This document shows positions 1-8,903 of a stretch of 64,000 nt of DNA, in pieces. Origin of the DNA: Nitrospirota bacterium (GTDB lineage Bacteria; Nitrospirota; UBA9217); contig JAOUEV010000002.1 in NCBI GenBank assembly GCA_029858565.1, forward strand, positions 96,001 through 160,000, given 5' to 3'. The number at the start of each line of letters is the position of its first letter. The first letter of the stretch is position 1. Below the pieces are notes generated by a model. The model searched no databases and was not told the origin of the DNA. It worked only from the letters and a program-made list of their open reading frames with translations. Position numbers and translations under genes: made by a program.

Positions 1-1681
1 AGGTAATCGTTGTTCCGGCGCCTTTTCGGCTGCTGATCTCGATGGATCCGCGCAGCGAATCAATGGCGCGTTTCACCACGTCCATGCCCACGCCGCGGCC
101 TGAAACGCTCGTCACCTTTTCCGCGGTGGAAAAACCGGGGTCGAGGATGAGCGCAAAGAGATCCTTTTCCGTCAATTTCGCGTCTGAAGCTATCAGCCCT
201 TTTCCCACGGCTTTTGCGCGGATCGCGTCGGGATCGAGCCCCTTGCCGTCGTCCCGGACCTGCACCAGGACATGGGCGCCCGAATGCTTTGCAGACAGGT
301 GGACCGTGCCGATCCGGGGTTTATTCGCAGCCACGCGATTCCCCGGCTGTTCAATGCCGTGATCGATGCTGTTTCTCAGAATATGCACCAGCGGATCGCC
401 GAGTTTTTCAATAACCGTTTTATCCAATTCGGTTTCCGCGCCGTCCGTTGTAAGCTCGATCTCCTTGCCCATTTCCCGGGAGAGGTCGCGGACGAGCCGC
501 TGGAACCTGCTGAAGGTGGAGCCGATGGGCAGCATGCGGATGCCCATGGTAATGTCGCGGAGTTCCGCGGTCAGGCGTTCCACGGCCTCCGCGATCGCCG
601 GTATCTTCGTTTTTTTGAACAGGCCCGCGGTCTGGCTGAGCAGCGACTGGAGCGTTACCAGCTCGCCCACCAGATCGACGAGCTTGTCCAGTTTGTCCGA
701 CGATACCCGTATGCTCGACGCCGGGTCCTTGGCCTGCTTTTTCTCGTGCTGCGCTTTTAAATGCCGTTGTTCCGCCAGGGCGGGGGCCACGGTGTCCGAC
801 TGAGGGGCACCCATTTCTACAAGCTCCCGGCCGGACCGTTTTTGCCCGGGAAGCCCTTGTCGGACGAGTTCGGGCGTCGCCTCGCCGCGCTCCAGGTGAA
901 TGTCTCCGGGATTTTTCAACCCGGCCTCGTCATGATCTACAGGATCACTATTGATCAGGTCGATCTTCACCTCGGCGTCGTCCTGAATGAAGAGAAAAAC
1001 GTCTTCCACGTCGTTAAGCTTTTTGCGGGTCGTGAGGACCACGTCCCAGCACAGGTAGCAGGTTTCCGCGTTCAGTTCATCCAGAGGAGGGACGTCCTGG
1101 GTCCTCGCCGTGATCGCGCACTCGCCCATCCAGCAAAGTTCATTCAGCACGCCGAGAGGGTCCAGGCCCCGTGACGCGATGTCCCGGGGCGGACGGAAAT
1201 GGATTCTGCAGGTAATTTTCTTGTCGGCGCGCTTGGGCTGAAAGTCCGCGACAATAGGGGGGGGGAGGGGGCCTGCCTCGGCGGCTGCGGGCCTGCCCAG
1301 GATAAGCCTCCGCAATGCGGTGATGATCCTGCGGCCCTCGCCCTTGTCTTCTTCCTGAGCGCCTCCGGATGCCCCGAGCATGGACCGTATATGGTCCCGG
1401 GCCGAAAGAGTCAGATCGATAAGCTCCTTGGTGACGGGAATTGAGCCGTTCCGGACGAGGTCGTAAACGGTCTCGACCTCATGGGTGAAAATGGATATCG
1501 CCTCGAACCCGAACATAGCCCCGGTCCCTTTTATCGTATGCATGGCCCTGAAGACCCTGCCGACGAGGTCGGCGTCATCGGGCCGTTTCTCCAAGTCGAG
1601 CAGCGACGTCTCGAGCTCGACCAGCAGTTCGCGGGCCTCCTCCTTAAATGCTTCCTGGTGTTGATCCTTCATGTCGCTCAT
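1..1681 (-). CDS. cheA: Chemotaxis histidine kinase CheA (3' end runs off the window start)
   Basis: Not in the ORF track; read manually on the minus strand. It begins MSDMKDQHQEAFKEEARELLVELE...VFRAMHTIKGTGAMFGF (Hpt domain) and near base 1 reads PGFSTAEKVTSVSGRGVGMDVVKRAIDSLRGSIEI (HATPase G boxes). Confidence 0.95.
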   Translation of the reverse strand, partial: MSDMKDQHQEAFKEEARELLVELETSLLDLEKRPDDADLVGRVFRAMHTIKGTGAMFGFEAISIFTHEVETVYDLVRNGSIPVTKELIDLTLSARDHIRSMLGASGGAQEEDKGEGRRIITALRRLILGRPAAAEAGPLPPPIVADFQPKRADKKITCRIHFRPPRDIASRGLDPLGVLNELCWMGECAITARTQDVPPLDELNAETCYLCWDVVLTTRKKLNDVEDVFLFIQDDAEVKIDLINSDPVDHDEAGLKNPGDIHLERGEATPELVRQGLPGQKRSGRELVEMGAPQSDTVAPALAEQRHLKAQHEKKQAKDPASSIRVSSDKLDKLVDLVGELVTLQSLLSQTAGLFKKTKIPAIAEAVERLTAELRDITMGIRMLPIGSTFSRFQRLVRDLSREMGKEIELTTDGAETELDKTVIEKLGDPLVHILRNSIDHGIEQPGNRVAANKPRIGTVHLSAKHSGAHVLVQVRDDGKGLDPDAIRAKAVGKGLIASDAKLTEKDLFALILDPGFSTAEKVTSVSGRGVGMDVVKRAIDSLRGSIEISSRKGAGTTIT

Positions 1682-1690
1682 AAGCAGACC

Positions 1691-2026
1691 TCACTCCCTG
1701 TTCCATGGACAGGTTATATTCTCACGACACGCGGCGGCGCGGCCGTAACCGGCCAGGCTGACCGCGTTCCGGAACGCCTCGGATTGCACCCCGACCAACG
1801 TCAGCTTTTTGCCCGCTTTCATCGCGGAGCGGTGCGCGGAGCACAGTGTCTGGAGCCCGAACAGGTCCGCTTGATCGACATGCTCTATATCAATGTCCAG
1901 GGAGTCCCCGTTCTTCAGCGCCTCCAGCAGGATTTTTTTCAGTTCTTCCGCGTGTTCGACGACCAGCTCTCCTTCGAGCACAAGAGGCCCGGTTTTTCCT
2001 GTTTGTTCGGTCCTTGTTTTCAGCAT
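1691..2026 (-). CDS. STAS-domain protein (anti-sigma antagonist-like) of the che operon
   Basis: 111 aa with LVLEGEL...LDIDIEHVDQADLFGLQTL STAS pattern, lying between cheY and cheA. Confidence 0.85.
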   Translation of the reverse strand: MLKTRTEQTGKTGPLVLEGELVVEHAEELKKILLEALKNGDSLDIDIEHVDQADLFGLQTLCSAHRSAMKAGKKLTLVGVQSEAFRNAVSLAGYGRAAACRENITCPWNRE

Positions 2027-2036
2027 GATGCCTCCT

Positions 2037-2402
2037 CTATCTGGCGAGCCTATTGACGGTTTCCAGCAGCTTGCTCGGAGAAAAAGGCTTGAAAATCCAG
2101 CCGCTCGCGCCCGCCTGTTTCCCCTTCTCCCGTCCGACCACTTCCGATTCCGTCGTGAGCATGACGATGGGGGTAAATCTGTTCGCCGGTGTTTCTCTGA
2201 GCTCTTTGATCAAGGCGATGCCGTCCATCCCGGGCATATTGAGATCGGTGATGACCATGTCGATCTTTGCGCCGCCGGATTTAGCCAGGGCGTCCTTGCC
2301 GTCCACGGCAGTGATCACCTCGAACCCCGCGCTTTTGAGGGTAAGGCCCACCATTGTTCTCATGGTTGCGGAGTCATCCGCTACCAGTACGGTTTTTGTC
2401 AT
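2037..2402 (-). CDS. cheY: CheY-like single-domain response regulator
   Basis: MTKTVLVADDS...DMVITDLNMPGMDG...MLTTES...WIFKPF. Start moved to the ATG at 2402, which has a GGAGG RBS. Confidence 0.92.
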   Translation of the reverse strand: MTKTVLVADDSATMRTMVGLTLKSAGFEVITAVDGKDALAKSGGAKIDMVITDLNMPGMDGIALIKELRETPANRFTPIVMLTTESEVVGREKGKQAGASGWIFKPFSPSKLLETVNRLAR

Positions 2403-2468
2403 TGCCTTCACCTCCTGAGACGCCGCATCCGAGCATGCGCGGAATGCGGCTGGATTGCCTGATTGTTT

Positions 2469-2484
2469 AGCAAGAGCCGTGCCG
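2469..2484 (-). promoter_or_regulatory. Sigma54 (-24/-12) promoter of the cheY-STAS-cheA operon
   Basis: Minus strand reads CGGCACG-GCTC-TTGCT, matching the TGGCACG-N4-TTGCW consensus with correct spacing, about 70 bp upstream of cheY. Confidence 0.75.
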
Positions 2485-2775
2485 ATCATGATGGTGTTGT
2501 ATTTGTTGAGAAATGATCTTGAGTGGCGGGAAAAGAGTATTGCAATTATCCATAGTATTGCAAATTGCGCGTGTGTATTGCCGACAGTGAGGAGAGATCG
2601 GAGGGAAGTGAATTGCAATGATAAGAATTGTCCTGGGCAATGGCAGCGGACCGCGATTGCCGCAAATGAGGGCGAAAAGAAAAGCAAGAGTTGCGGGTTT
2701 GACCCTTTTCAGCTTTGGGGCGCTGCGCGAAAGAATGCTGCTTGATTCGGGTTTGTTCTTGATGCGGGGGGCGGG

Positions 2776-4131
2776 TCAGGACGTGATGCCGTACTGTTTT
2801 ATCTTTCTCATGAGCGTTGAATAATCGATATCGAGTATTGCCGCAGCCTTCTTCTTGTTGCCCTTGGTGGCTCCGAGGGTCCGTTGAATGGCCTGTTTCT
2901 CGATTTCCGAAAGGCTTTGATCGGCATGTTCGTCCGGCAGCGGCTGTCCGGGAACAGCGTGTTCAGCGGCAATGAGGAACTCGATCCGCTCGGGCATGAT
3001 GATGTCGCCTGCGGAAAGAAGCACTGCCCGCCTCATGACGTTTTTCAGCTCCCTGATGTTTCCCGGCCAGGGATACTCTCTAAGGAGTTTTTCCGCGGCC
3101 CCGGAGATCCCCCGGGACTGTTTTTTCAGCTCCGTTGCCGCCTCATTGCAGAATCGTTGCGCCAGGAAAGGGATGTCTTCGGTCCGCTCCCTGAGCGGCG
3201 GTATGACGATCATGAATTCGCCGAGCCGGAAGAACAGGTCCTCGCGGAATTTTTTTTCCGCCACGGCCTGCTTGAGGTTCGTATTGGTCGCGGCGATGAT
3301 CCGGGCGTTTATATCCAACGGTTGGGTGCTTCCAAGGGGATAGCCTTTTTTCTCCTCCACCACCCGGAGCAGTTTGCTCTGCACGAAGGGGGACATGTTC
3401 TGCACTTCGTCGATGAGCAGGGTGCCGCCGCCGGCAAGCTCGAACAGGCCCCGTTTCTTCTTTTCAGCGCCGGTGAACGCCCCTTTTTCAAAACCAAACA
3501 GCTCGCTCTCAACCAGGGTCTCCGGTATCGCGCCCATGTCAACCGTCATGAAGGGGCCTTTTTTCCGCGCGCTCAGGTTGTGGATCAGGTTTGCTATATA
3601 CGATTTGCCGGTCCCTGTTTCTCCCTGGATGATGATCGAAAAATCGCTCCAGGCGACCTGGTGTATCTGTTCGATGACTTTCTTTATGAGCGGACTCTTC
3701 CCCAGCAGCCACTCCAGGGATTCTTCCATCTCCGTGTTCAATCGCCGGACTTTATTTTCCAGTTCCCGTTTTTCCAGCGCCTTGGTCAGCGTGATGATGA
3801 GATAATCGAAATCAGGCGGCTTGAGCATGAAATCATTTGCCCCGAGCTTGATGGCTTCGACCGCGGTCGGCACATCGCCGTGCGCAGTAATAATGATGAT
3901 CGGCATGGAGGGGTCGATCTTTCGTATTTCGCGCAACGTATCGAATCCGTCCATGCCCGGCATTTTCAGGTCGAGGAGCGCGAGGTCGGTCTTCATTGTC
4001 CGGACGAGGTCCAGGGCTTCATGGCCGCTGGAGGCCTCGATGGGGAAGAAACCCTTTGTCTTCAGGATCTCAGCCAGGATCTGCCGAATTCTCGAATCAT
4101 CATCGATAATGAGTATTTTATACGTGGTCAT
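2776..4131 (-). CDS. Sigma54-dependent response regulator (NtrC/AtoC family: REC-AAA+-Fis HTH)
   Basis: REC domain (ILIIDDD, DLKMPGMDG), GETGTGKS, ESELFG, GAFTGA, WPGNIREL and a C-terminal HTH. Confidence 0.95.
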   Translation of the reverse strand: MTTYKILIIDDDSRIRQILAEILKTKGFFPIEASSGHEALDLVRTMKTDLALLDLKMPGMDGFDTLREIRKIDPSMPIIIITAHGDVPTAVEAIKLGANDFMLKPPDFDYLIITLTKALEKRELENKVRRLNTEMEESLEWLLGKSPLIKKVIEQIHQVAWSDFSIIIQGETGTGKSYIANLIHNLSARKKGPFMTVDMGAIPETLVESELFGFEKGAFTGAEKKKRGLFELAGGGTLLIDEVQNMSPFVQSKLLRVVEEKKGYPLGSTQPLDINARIIAATNTNLKQAVAEKKFREDLFFRLGEFMIVIPPLRERTEDIPFLAQRFCNEAATELKKQSRGISGAAEKLLREYPWPGNIRELKNVMRRAVLLSAGDIIMPERIEFLIAAEHAVPGQPLPDEHADQSLSEIEKQAIQRTLGATKGNKKKAAAILDIDYSTLMRKIKQYGITS

Positions 4132-4515
4132 TGGACGGGTAACGAAAACCGGCATCTCATGCGACCGGACCTTTAAGCGTTCCTGCTAACAGAAGCATAA
4201 TAGAGGCGAATGGAAAAGGCAAGTCCTGAATGCGCAATTGTCGATCGCCTGAAAAAACCACGGCGGGGCCTTGTCCGGACGGGATCCCGATGCCCCCTGC
4301 AAAACATTCATGTATTGCGGAAACGGAGGTGAAACCGCGCGGGAGAGGGGGTGTCCCGGATCTATGAAAATTGATCACAAGGCTTTTATTTTGCTGTATA
4401 ATGACCGGCGAGGACGTGAACGAGAAGACCATCGGACCGGGCCACGCGCAGGAGGCTTGGGCGGGAACGAATCTGAAGGCGCTTTGCCGCGGCGGTGAAA
4501 GGACGTGCGAAGGAC

Positions 4516-6111
4516 ATGCGTCATCTCACTATTCAAATCATTCGCAGACTTGTTCAGGGACTGTTCCTGCTTTTTTTCCTCTTTCTCTTCGTCCAGACGG
4601 AGTCGAAAGGGAGTGATGAGCTGGGTTATCCGGTCCGGCTCTTTCTCGACTTCGATCCGCTGATCCTGTTCACGACGCTTCTGTCCGCGCATGCCGTTGC
4701 CAAGACATTTCTCCTCTCCCTGATTCTTGTCGTTTTCACGCTGGTTCTGGGCAGAGTTCTCTGCGGCTGGATCTGTCCGCTCGGCACGCTGAACAACATG
4801 ATTGGCTCGCTCATAAAACCGAGGATAGAGCAGAAACCCCGGAACTGGCACCGCATAAAGTATCTCCTTCTCATCGGCCTTCTCGCCTCATCCCTGTTCA
4901 CGCTTCAGCCGGTCGGTATCCTGGACCCGCTGTCGCTCCTGATCCGGTCATTTTCCATCAGCGTTTATCCGCTCTTCAATCACGCGGTTCGATCCTCCTT
5001 TGATGCCGCTTACTCGGTCAATCCCGCGGGCATTGCCTTGGTCACCGAACCGGTCTATACAGTGCTGAAAAAGTCGGTCCTGTCGTTCAATCAGCCGGTG
5101 TATCGCCAGGGTGTCCTTATCGGGATACTGTTCCTGACCGTTCTCGGCCTGAACCTGGTGGAAAAGCGGTTCTGGTGTAAGTATCTTTGTCCGCTCGGCG
5201 CCTTGCTCGGGCTCCTGTCCCGGTTTTCGCTTCTTAAACGGTCGGTCAGCGAAGCCTGCACTGAATGCGGGGCCTGCGCGGGTGTTTGTCAGGGCGGCGC
5301 GTCGCCGGACGTAAAGGGGGAGTGGAAGGACGCGGAGTGCTACTATTGCTGGAACTGCGACGACATTTGCCCGAACAATGCCGTCTCCTTCGGATTCTCA
5401 GGCAAGAAGATTACGCCTGCCATGGACCTGGGCAGGCGGCGTGTCGTTGCCTCGGCGCTGTCGGGGATCGCCGCGGTGCCGCTGCTCAGGATCACGCCGC
5501 TCGGTCTGGCGAACGCCAAAGACCCGGCACTGCTCCGGCCGCCGGGTTCACTCGACGAAAAGGAGTTCCTGGCTAGGTGCGTCAAATGCGGGGAGTGCAT
5601 GAAGGTCTGTATAACGAACGGTCTGCAGCCGACTTTGACGGAGGCGGGAATGGAGGGCATCTGGTCGCCGGTGCTCGTGCCGCGTATCGGGTACTGCGAA
5701 TACCGCTGCACGCTGTGCGGCCAGGTCTGCCCGACCGGAGCCATAAAGAAACTATCGCTGCCGGAAAAGGCAAAGGTCAAGATCGGCCTTGCCATGATCG
5801 ATAAGGGCCGCTGTCTACCCTGGGCACATGCGACTCCCTGCATTATGTGCGAAGAGGTCTGTCCAACGCCAAAGAAGGCTGTCTGGCTGGAGGAAACCGC
5901 TGTCCGCGACCGGTCAGGCAGGATGGTCAAGGTCCAGCAGCCCCGGGTTGACCTGGAACTGTGCATCGGCTGCGGCATCTGCGAGACAAAATGCCCGGTG
6001 CTCGGCAGGCCCGCGATCTCTGTATCCAGCGTGGGAGAGAGCAGATCAAAGGAGAACCAGCTGTTGCTGTCCGAAAGGAACATGCATGAAAGAAACAGTA
6101 CGACCGGATGA
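4516..6111 (+). CDS. Membrane polyferredoxin (NapH/MauM-like 4Fe-4S binding protein)
   Basis: TM helices with CGWICP and CKYLCP motifs, plus several CxxCxxCxxxCP clusters (CVKCGECMKVC, CIGCGICETKCP). Confidence 0.88.
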   Translation: MRHLTIQIIRRLVQGLFLLFFLFLFVQTESKGSDELGYPVRLFLDFDPLILFTTLLSAHAVAKTFLLSLILVVFTLVLGRVLCGWICPLGTLNNMIGSLIKPRIEQKPRNWHRIKYLLLIGLLASSLFTLQPVGILDPLSLLIRSFSISVYPLFNHAVRSSFDAAYSVNPAGIALVTEPVYTVLKKSVLSFNQPVYRQGVLIGILFLTVLGLNLVEKRFWCKYLCPLGALLGLLSRFSLLKRSVSEACTECGACAGVCQGGASPDVKGEWKDAECYYCWNCDDICPNNAVSFGFSGKKITPAMDLGRRRVVASALSGIAAVPLLRITPLGLANAKDPALLRPPGSLDEKEFLARCVKCGECMKVCITNGLQPTLTEAGMEGIWSPVLVPRIGYCEYRCTLCGQVCPTGAIKKLSLPEKAKVKIGLAMIDKGRCLPWAHATPCIMCEEVCPTPKKAVWLEETAVRDRSGRMVKVQQPRVDLELCIGCGICETKCPVLGRPAISVSSVGESRSKENQLLLSERNMHERNSTTG

Positions 6112-6406
6112 GTTGGAGCAGCTGTTGGCCGGCGAGAAACCTCCACTTCTCCTCGATGTGCGGAGACGGTCCGACATCGAGAGTGATCCCGCCATGATCC
6201 CGGGCGCCCAATGGAAGGACCCGGAAAAGGTCGCAGTGTGGGGCCGGGACCTGGGGACATATGACGTGGTGATCTACTGCGTGCGCGGGGGATCGGTCAG
6301 CAGAACGGTGCAGGAAAAATTGCGTGAAATGAACATAAGCTCCCAGTTCATTGAAGGCGGGATCGACGCGTGGAAACAGGCTGGGAAGGGGATGCAAAAG
6401 CCTTAG
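6086..6406 (+). CDS. Rhodanese-like domain protein
   Basis: MKETVRP...LLLDVRR...IPGA...VVIYCVRG...IEGGIDAW. Confidence 0.8.
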   Translation: MKETVRPDELEQLLAGEKPPLLLDVRRRSDIESDPAMIPGAQWKDPEKVAVWGRDLGTYDVVIYCVRGGSVSRTVQEKLREMNISSQFIEGGIDAWKQAGKGMQKP

Positions 6407-6432
6407 AAGGTCTAATTCCGAGGCCAGTTGCA

Positions 6433-7515
6433 TCAAATCCGACTAAATGCGGTCGCAACAGATTTGTTCACGATTTCCCCCCTGTACGTATTTAACGCGC
6501 TTTTGATCTCCGTGCTCTCCTGAATCACTTTCTCGATCCCCCTGGTCGCCAGCAATTTGATATAGGGCAGTGTTGCGTTCGTGAGGGCGAGCGTGGATGT
6601 GCGAGGATAAGCGCCTGGCATGTTTGCCACGCAGTAATGCACGATGCCGTCCACTTCGAATGTCGGATCAGCATGGGTCGTCGGCCGGCTGGTCTCGCAG
6701 CATCCGCCCTGGTCCACTGACACGTCAACGATCACCGATCCTTGTTTCATGGTTCCGAGAATTTTTCTCGTTATGAACACCGGCGTCCTCCCCCCGGGGA
6801 TAAGGATGGAGCCGACGACGATGTCCGCGGTCCGAATCTCCTGCTCCAGGGTTCGTGGCGAGAGCGGCAGGGTCTCGATCCTGCCCTGGAACATGTCATC
6901 GATGACCTTCAGCCGGTCCGTGGTCTTGTTCATGACAAGGACCTCCATGCCTATTCCAGCTGCGACGCGCGCGGCATTGGTACCAACCACCCCGGCGCCG
7001 AGTACCAGCATCCTTGCCGGTTTGACACCCGCGGTGCCGGTCGGCAGGATACCGGAACCGCCCCGATGCTTCTGGAGGTGGAACGCCGCAGCCAGCGGAG
7101 CCATCCGTCCGGCGATCTCGCTCATGGGGGCAAGGAGCGGCAGTGTGCCGTCCTTTGACAGAGTCTCGTAGGCAAGCCCGATGATCTTCTTCGCAAGCAG
7201 GATGTCGGTCAATTCACGGTTCGGTGCGAGATGCAGATAGGTGAAAAGAGCCTGGCCGTCTCGAAGAAGAGCGTATTCTGCCGGGAGGGGCTCCTTGACC
7301 TTGATGATGAGCTCCGCGCGGTTAAACAGCGTTTTCCGGTCAACGATGTCTGCGTCAGCATCAAGGTACTCATCGTCGGAAAATCCGCTGCCCCTGCCCG
7401 CTCCCGTTTCAACAAGGATAGTTGTGCCGAACCGCTTGACCTCCCGGGCAGCATCAGGCGTCATGCCTACACGGTACTCCTCGGTCTTGATCTCCTTTGG
7501 CACTCCGATGATCAT
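6433..7515 (-). CDS. ald: Alanine dehydrogenase
   Basis: MIIGVPKEIKTEEYRVG, FTYLHLA, PLLAPMSEIAGR, GAGVVG, DVSVDQGGC, HYCVANMPGA. Confidence 0.95.
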   Translation of the reverse strand: MIIGVPKEIKTEEYRVGMTPDAAREVKRFGTTILVETGAGRGSGFSDDEYLDADADIVDRKTLFNRAELIIKVKEPLPAEYALLRDGQALFTYLHLAPNRELTDILLAKKIIGLAYETLSKDGTLPLLAPMSEIAGRMAPLAAAFHLQKHRGGSGILPTGTAGVKPARMLVLGAGVVGTNAARVAAGIGMEVLVMNKTTDRLKVIDDMFQGRIETLPLSPRTLEQEIRTADIVVGSILIPGGRTPVFITRKILGTMKQGSVIVDVSVDQGGCCETSRPTTHADPTFEVDGIVHYCVANMPGAYPRTSTLALTNATLPYIKLLATRGIEKVIQESTEIKSALNTYRGEIVNKSVATAFSRI

Positions 7516-7581
7516 GGTATAAACCTCCATTTGATAAAAGTATAGCATCTCCTGCAGAAGGCATGCAGGAGTAGAATGCTC

Positions 7582-7610
7582 TTGACTCGCGGTCGGGTTT
7601 TCTGTAGTAT
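7582..7610 (+). promoter_or_regulatory. Putative sigma70 promoter
   Basis: TTGACT-17 bp-TAGTAT upstream of the gene at 7647. Confidence 0.45.
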
Positions 7611-7646
7611 TTTCCGCCGAACAGATCGTCATCCGGAGGATATGGT

Positions 7647-8174
7647 ATGGCTGAAGAGAAGAAGGAACCGTGGCTTAATTATCTTGCGCTCACGACCGTC
7701 GTTTTTGCGGTGTGCGCGACCCTTTCGACACTGAAGGGCGGAGGGTTTTCCACAAAATCGGTGATGATGCAGGCCCAGGCATCGGACCAGTGGGCCTATT
7801 TCCAGTCCAAGAGCATTAAGGGATACCTGTACGAGCTTCAGCGGGACAAACTGGAGATGGAACTGAAGGCCGGCGTGCGCGGGGCGGCCGGTGAGTACCG
7901 GAAAAAGATCGACTATTATCAGCAGGAGATCACCCGGTACAAGGCCGAAAAAGAGGAGATCAGGAAGAAAGCCGAGGAATTCGAGAAAACGCGCGATGAA
8001 GCGCGGACCCACTCAGGTGCATTCGGCATGGCGGCAATGTTCCTCCAGATCGCCATCCTGCTTTCCTCCATTGCTGCGTTGATGAAACAGAAGTACTTCT
8101 GGTTCCTGGGGATGGGGGCCGGATGTTTCGGGCTGTTCTATTTCTTCAATGGGTTCTTCCTGTTCATGAAATAA
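7647..8174 (+). CDS. DUF4337-like membrane protein
   Basis: N-terminal TM, ASDQWAYFQSKSIK motif, coiled coil and two C-terminal TMs; GGAGG RBS. Confidence 0.75.
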   Translation: MAEEKKEPWLNYLALTTVVFAVCATLSTLKGGGFSTKSVMMQAQASDQWAYFQSKSIKGYLYELQRDKLEMELKAGVRGAAGEYRKKIDYYQQEITRYKAEKEEIRKKAEEFEKTRDEARTHSGAFGMAAMFLQIAILLSSIAALMKQKYFWFLGMGAGCFGLFYFFNGFFLFMK

Positions 8175-8276
8175 GGATGTTTTTCCCGGCGGTTCTCCGG
8201 GCAGGACCCGAGGTTTGCTATAATCTAGTCGTGCGGGATTGACGGGTCGTGCCATGGGTAGAAGGGGGCTGCGACC

Positions 8277-8857
8277 GTGAAACAGATCAGGAACCAGGTT
8301 GTACTTGGCGTCACGCTCATTATCATCTCATCGGCACGCTATGTTGCCCGGATCAGGATTTTTCATTCCGCGCGGAGGACCTTCCTGCTGGGTTTGTTGG
8401 AGAACCAGAATCTTCTTGAGCATGAGACCTTCACTGAGCTGCTCTGGGGCCTTGATTACATCACCGGACCGGAGATTTCCTTTGTAGTGTTCTTCCTCTT
8501 CCCCATATTTCTCGTGACGTGGTATGCTGGCGAAGGAGCGGGGATTGTCATATCCCTGCTGTCCGGGATAGCATGGTTCACCTCGGACGTGCTGACCTCG
8601 GCCTCCGATGCCTATCCCCATCCAGGTGTCATCGCTCCGGCGATCGCAGGACCGTGAACGGAATATGGCGAGAACGGACTATCTGGCCAAAGTTGACAAT
8701 TCCAGGTACTTTGCCGAACTTGCGCAGGCCGAGATCAATCGCGCTGCCCGACAGCGCCGATGGCACGATCAGGACCGCGGACGACTTCATGTGTTCGGTT
8801 AAGCACGGAGGCAAGGACCGGATCGAGCATTGGGAGTTAAAATACAAAGCGGCCTGA
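8277..8857 (+). pseudogene. Multiply deleted remnant: uncharacterised membrane protein fused to fragments of a membrane GGDEF diguanylate cyclase
   Basis: Pieces lie in three frames: LLENQNLLEHETFTELLW; LDYITGPEISF...TWYAG (sensor TM); ARTDYLAKVDNSRYFAELAQAEINRA (GGDEF start); ADDFMCSVKHGGKDRI (GGDEF end). The GGDEF core is absent. Confidence 0.65.
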
Positions 8858-8903
8858 GGATTCAGGCCGCTTGAAGGGTAATTATTCTTTGAAGGGAAGC
8901 GGA

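Noticed and set aside
42-1444. Several plus-strand ORFs at the window start
   Set aside because: Shadows of cheA, which the ORF track missed because it runs off the window edge.
2884-4176. 430-aa plus-strand ORF
   Set aside because: Antisense shadow of the NtrC-family gene.
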